Assembly: GCA_963674755.2 (NCBI GenBank)
Contig: CAXXVS010000002.1
Location: forward strand, 2,176,001-2,240,000
DNA length: 64,000 bases
Direction: 5' to 3'
Origin: Desulfobacterales bacterium
GTDB lineage: Bacteria; Desulfobacterota; Desulfobacteria; Desulfobacterales; UBA5852
The notes under the pieces are model-generated. The model was not told the origin of the DNA. It ran no database searches and was given only the letters and a program-made list of their open reading frames with translations. The position numbers were made by a program, and so were the translations under genes. The stretch's first letter is position 1; every line of letters starts with the position of its first letter. This document shows positions 61,274 through 64,000 of this stretch, piece by piece.

Positions 61274-62680
61274 TCATTTTTCGATTTTATCGATTAACAT
61301 TTCCAAGATAGATTTAGGCAAACTGACGTCTTTCTTTGATAATTTTGCTGCCTCAGTCTTTTCAGATATTGGGTTCTCAAAAATTTGTCCGATTGTTTTT
61401 ACGACAAAATTTCTATAGTCAGAACTTTCTGGTGTATTCTCAATATCATTTACAAGATCCAAATAAGGCGACAATGAATACGAAAGAACCGATTTAAACC
61501 CATATAGTTCTTCAAATTCTCTTTCTCGTGCGTACTGATGAATAGCATAACCGATAAAAAAAATAATAGGAATGCTTGCTGTTATTCTCAGAAGGAAGGA
61601 TGGACTAAGAAAATATGAAGTTGCACTATCCAGCTTATCTATGATTTCAGGGGCAGATTTTGCTACCCATATAAAAATTATGACCTGTGCCGTAATCGCT
61701 GCAGCTGTTAGTCCTGCCCAAACCCATTTGGATTTGGAGATTCTATTTTTGCGCGATTCAAAAGCACTAAATAGAGAAGCACCAACGGCTTTTAATAAGT
61801 GTTCTTTAATTTGATCCTGTAAATCCCTATTTTCATCAATAATTGTTCCTATCTCATTTTTTGATATTTCTACTGTAGTTTTGGCAAGTTGATGCGCTTC
61901 ATCTATGGATTTTGAATAGTTATCAATACTATTGAAAAATTCACGTATTTTTGACTCTATTGCACCAACCTCGTCACTTGCCCCTTTTGATTGCTGTTGA
62001 TAAGATTTGACCTCATCTTTAAGGCTTTTCACTCGTGTGGCATTTTCAGCTATACTCTCAAATGTTGATTGGGCTTGATCATTAACTGATTTGACTGATT
62101 TATTTATTTCTTCTATTTCGATCAATATTTCTTTTATTTTCTCTCTATTTTTTTCTGCAAATGTTCCCGCATTTTCCACACTTGCAGTTAAGTTGAGAAG
62201 CCTTTCCCCCTCTTGAATTGCCTCTCTTGCAGACTTTGTTAATGATGATAAGTATGATGCTTGCAGGTCTACATCTGACTCCGTTGGCCCTGAAATTCTT
62301 GGGAAATATGATTTAATAAGTGAAACTAGGTTCTCTGCCGATTTTGAATCCCCTCCTTTGATTGTAACGGTAATTTTGCCGTCCACCAAATCCGAGAGCA
62401 TATTTAACTCTAGATTTTTCTCATCATGGAAAGTCGCCGTAATTCTGATTGACATAAACTCTTTATTTTTTAATTCCTCATACTCTCTGGAGACCGAACT
62501 AATTTCCCCTGTTATTGTTATTGCATCCAAAGAACCTCTTAAGTCTATTTCAACAGTATGTTGAGAACCGAACTGTATTTCCTTTTGCAAATCCATTGCA
62601 AATGCCAAAAAAACATCTGCATTTTTATATTTATCGCCAAACAACCATGCCAATTGTCTTTGGGCGACTTCTTTTAACAT
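61274..62680 (-). CDS. AT-rich hypothetical coiled-coil protein with two C-terminal transmembrane helices
   Basis: 468-aa ORF with GGAGG RBS; heptad-rich middle; WVWAGLTAAAITAQVIIFIW and RITASIPIIFFIGY segments. Confidence 0.75.
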   Translation of the reverse strand: MLKEVAQRQLAWLFGDKYKNADVFLAFAMDLQKEIQFGSQHTVEIDLRGSLDAITITGEISSVSREYEELKNKEFMSIRITATFHDEKNLELNMLSDLVDGKITVTIKGGDSKSAENLVSLIKSYFPRISGPTESDVDLQASYLSSLTKSAREAIQEGERLLNLTASVENAGTFAEKNREKIKEILIEIEEINKSVKSVNDQAQSTFESIAENATRVKSLKDEVKSYQQQSKGASDEVGAIESKIREFFNSIDNYSKSIDEAHQLAKTTVEISKNEIGTIIDENRDLQDQIKEHLLKAVGASLFSAFESRKNRISKSKWVWAGLTAAAITAQVIIFIWVAKSAPEIIDKLDSATSYFLSPSFLLRITASIPIIFFIGYAIHQYAREREFEELYGFKSVLSYSLSPYLDLVNDIENTPESSDYRNFVVKTIGQIFENPISEKTEAAKLSKKDVSLPKSILEMLIDKIEK

Positions 62681-62865
62681 GAGCAGCCTCCTATATTTGT
62701 TCGAGCAGGTCTTTTGGGGACTCCCTTCATATTTCTATATTGAAATTACCTTTTGGTCTTTTTGGTAACATTCTATGCCCTTAACTTATAAACTTCCCAT
62801 AAAAGTTGACTTCATTGTCAAACGTCCCCTACCAACTAAACCTCATACAACATCGCCCCCACCAT

Positions 62866-63549
62866 TTAATTCCCGCCAACAGCAACCTGCATCTGCTCCC
62901 GAACATCCAACGGCATCCCCCAGGAATACCTTGCCAAAATCTCCTTATAAGTCGTTTTCCACCCGGCCGCATCGCGCTTTTGCAACTCATCCTGCCGCTG
63001 CACCAGCAGCGACCTTAATTCAGACACGTTGTGATAGTCAGGATAAATTTTCTGGGCCTCGGAAAAGGCGTCGGCGGCGGCCTGAACGTTCCTGGCGATG
63101 AGATACTCGAAGCCGAGGCGTTCCCAGCCCCTCGCCGTGGTGGGATTCTCCCGCGTCCCCGATAGCGGGGCAGTTTTGGCCGGTTCGGCCGGGAGCTGCT
63201 GTTCCGGGAGGGTTTCCCGGATGTTCCGGATCTCCTTGCGGACCCCCTCCTGGGCGTTTTGGATAGCATCCCTCGCCTGGGTGGCATAGCTTTCCACCTG
63301 GCCGGCATCCGCCGGGTTCTTCAGGATTTTGTCGAGATACTCCTGCTGCACCAGGAGCTCTTCCTTGAGGGTCGCCTCCAGGTTCGAGACGCGGTCACCC
63401 ACCTCGATGATCCCGATCTTCCAGGTGCGGCTTTTCAGGATCTCCTTTATATCGGGCCCCAACCACAGGACAGCGATGACGGCGAGGGTCGGCCAGATGA
63501 AAATCTTCACAAACTCCAGGATGATTTCCGGTTTGCTTTTTTCAGCCAT
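62866..63549 (-). CDS. Membrane-anchored hypothetical protein with a TPR-like C-terminus
   Basis: AGGAG RBS; N-terminal IFIWPTLAVIAVLW; WERLGFEYL...AADAFSEAQKIYP. Confidence 0.7.
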   Translation of the reverse strand: MAEKSKPEIILEFVKIFIWPTLAVIAVLWLGPDIKEILKSRTWKIGIIEVGDRVSNLEATLKEELLVQQEYLDKILKNPADAGQVESYATQARDAIQNAQEGVRKEIRNIRETLPEQQLPAEPAKTAPLSGTRENPTTARGWERLGFEYLIARNVQAAADAFSEAQKIYPDYHNVSELRSLLVQRQDELQKRDAAGWKTTYKEILARYSWGMPLDVREQMQVAVGGN

Positions 63550-64000
63550 GGCCTAAGCTCCTTTTTTAATTCAGGGCCTGTTGAGACGGCCTTGATCAGG
63601 TGAAGTTACCGGAGCGAATAGTGCGGAGAAAAGCACCACAAGCAGTGCTGAGTTCTGTCGGATCGATTTGTGACGGTACTCTTCGCAGCGCACGGCATGG
63701 CATCCCCGCGGGTATCTGTTTGGGAATTTAAATTTGCCGGCTAATGAGGAGGGGTAAAGGCGACAGCCAGTTTTGAAATCCTGAAACTGACTTGCTGGAA
63801 TATGGACATACGCCAATCAGCGCAAAATATCAACCATAACAATCAGATGGATCTCTAAATGGATCGGGATGAGATGAGGGGATACCAGCTCCGGGATTTC
63901 CGGATAACGAAAATTCCGATTTGATTATGGTGCGTTTGCCGATGCTGCCCACCTCTTCCGCGAGATTTATTTCGACAAACCCAATACCGCGTCATAGCCA

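Noticed and set aside
63570..64000. Possible gene or element at the window end
   Set aside because: Only short ORFs and a possible 10-codon gene tail; not enough to call

Overview
This GC-rich bacterial chromosome segment is probably from a Desulfobacterota (Desulfobacterales-like deltaproteobacterium); the assignment is inferred from gene style and is not verified. It has four parts. (1) 1-20.9 kb is core genome: pilV/fimT-like pilins, purQ, purL, rseP, dxr, cdsA, uppS, frr, pyrH, tsf, rpsB, prmC, prfA, rpmE, rho, a CCA/poly(A) nucleotidyltransferase, adk, rpsU, folC and tRNA-Arg(CCG). (2) About 21-52.4 kb is a compositionally mosaic island that starts right after the tRNA and has no integrase in view. 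It carries a sigma54/PrpR-type regulated organic-acid catabolic system: PrpF, a succinyl-CoA-synthetase-like ligase whose beta chain ends in a ferredoxin-like domain, a CitD-CitE fusion lacking the ACP serine, CitF, a four-subunit 2-oxoacid:ferredoxin oxidoreductase, a fused LeuC-LeuD hydratase, an HD protein, two intact and one broken MmgE/PrpD genes and a TAXI-TRAP transporter. It also holds IS1380 and ISKra4 remnants and several pseudogenes. (3) 52.4-58 kb has a polar amino-acid ABC transporter, an ablB-like acetyltransferase and a PilZ protein. (4) 58-64 kb is a cassette-like accessory stretch: a GNAT, a FosX-family gene behind an attC-like site, a secreted protein, a truncated GNAT duplicate and an AT-rich coiled-coil membrane protein bracketed by a recurring 21-22 bp motif. 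Five copies of a structured ~120-160 bp inverted-repeat element with a conserved core are spread across the window, and two of them supply the stop codons of host genes.
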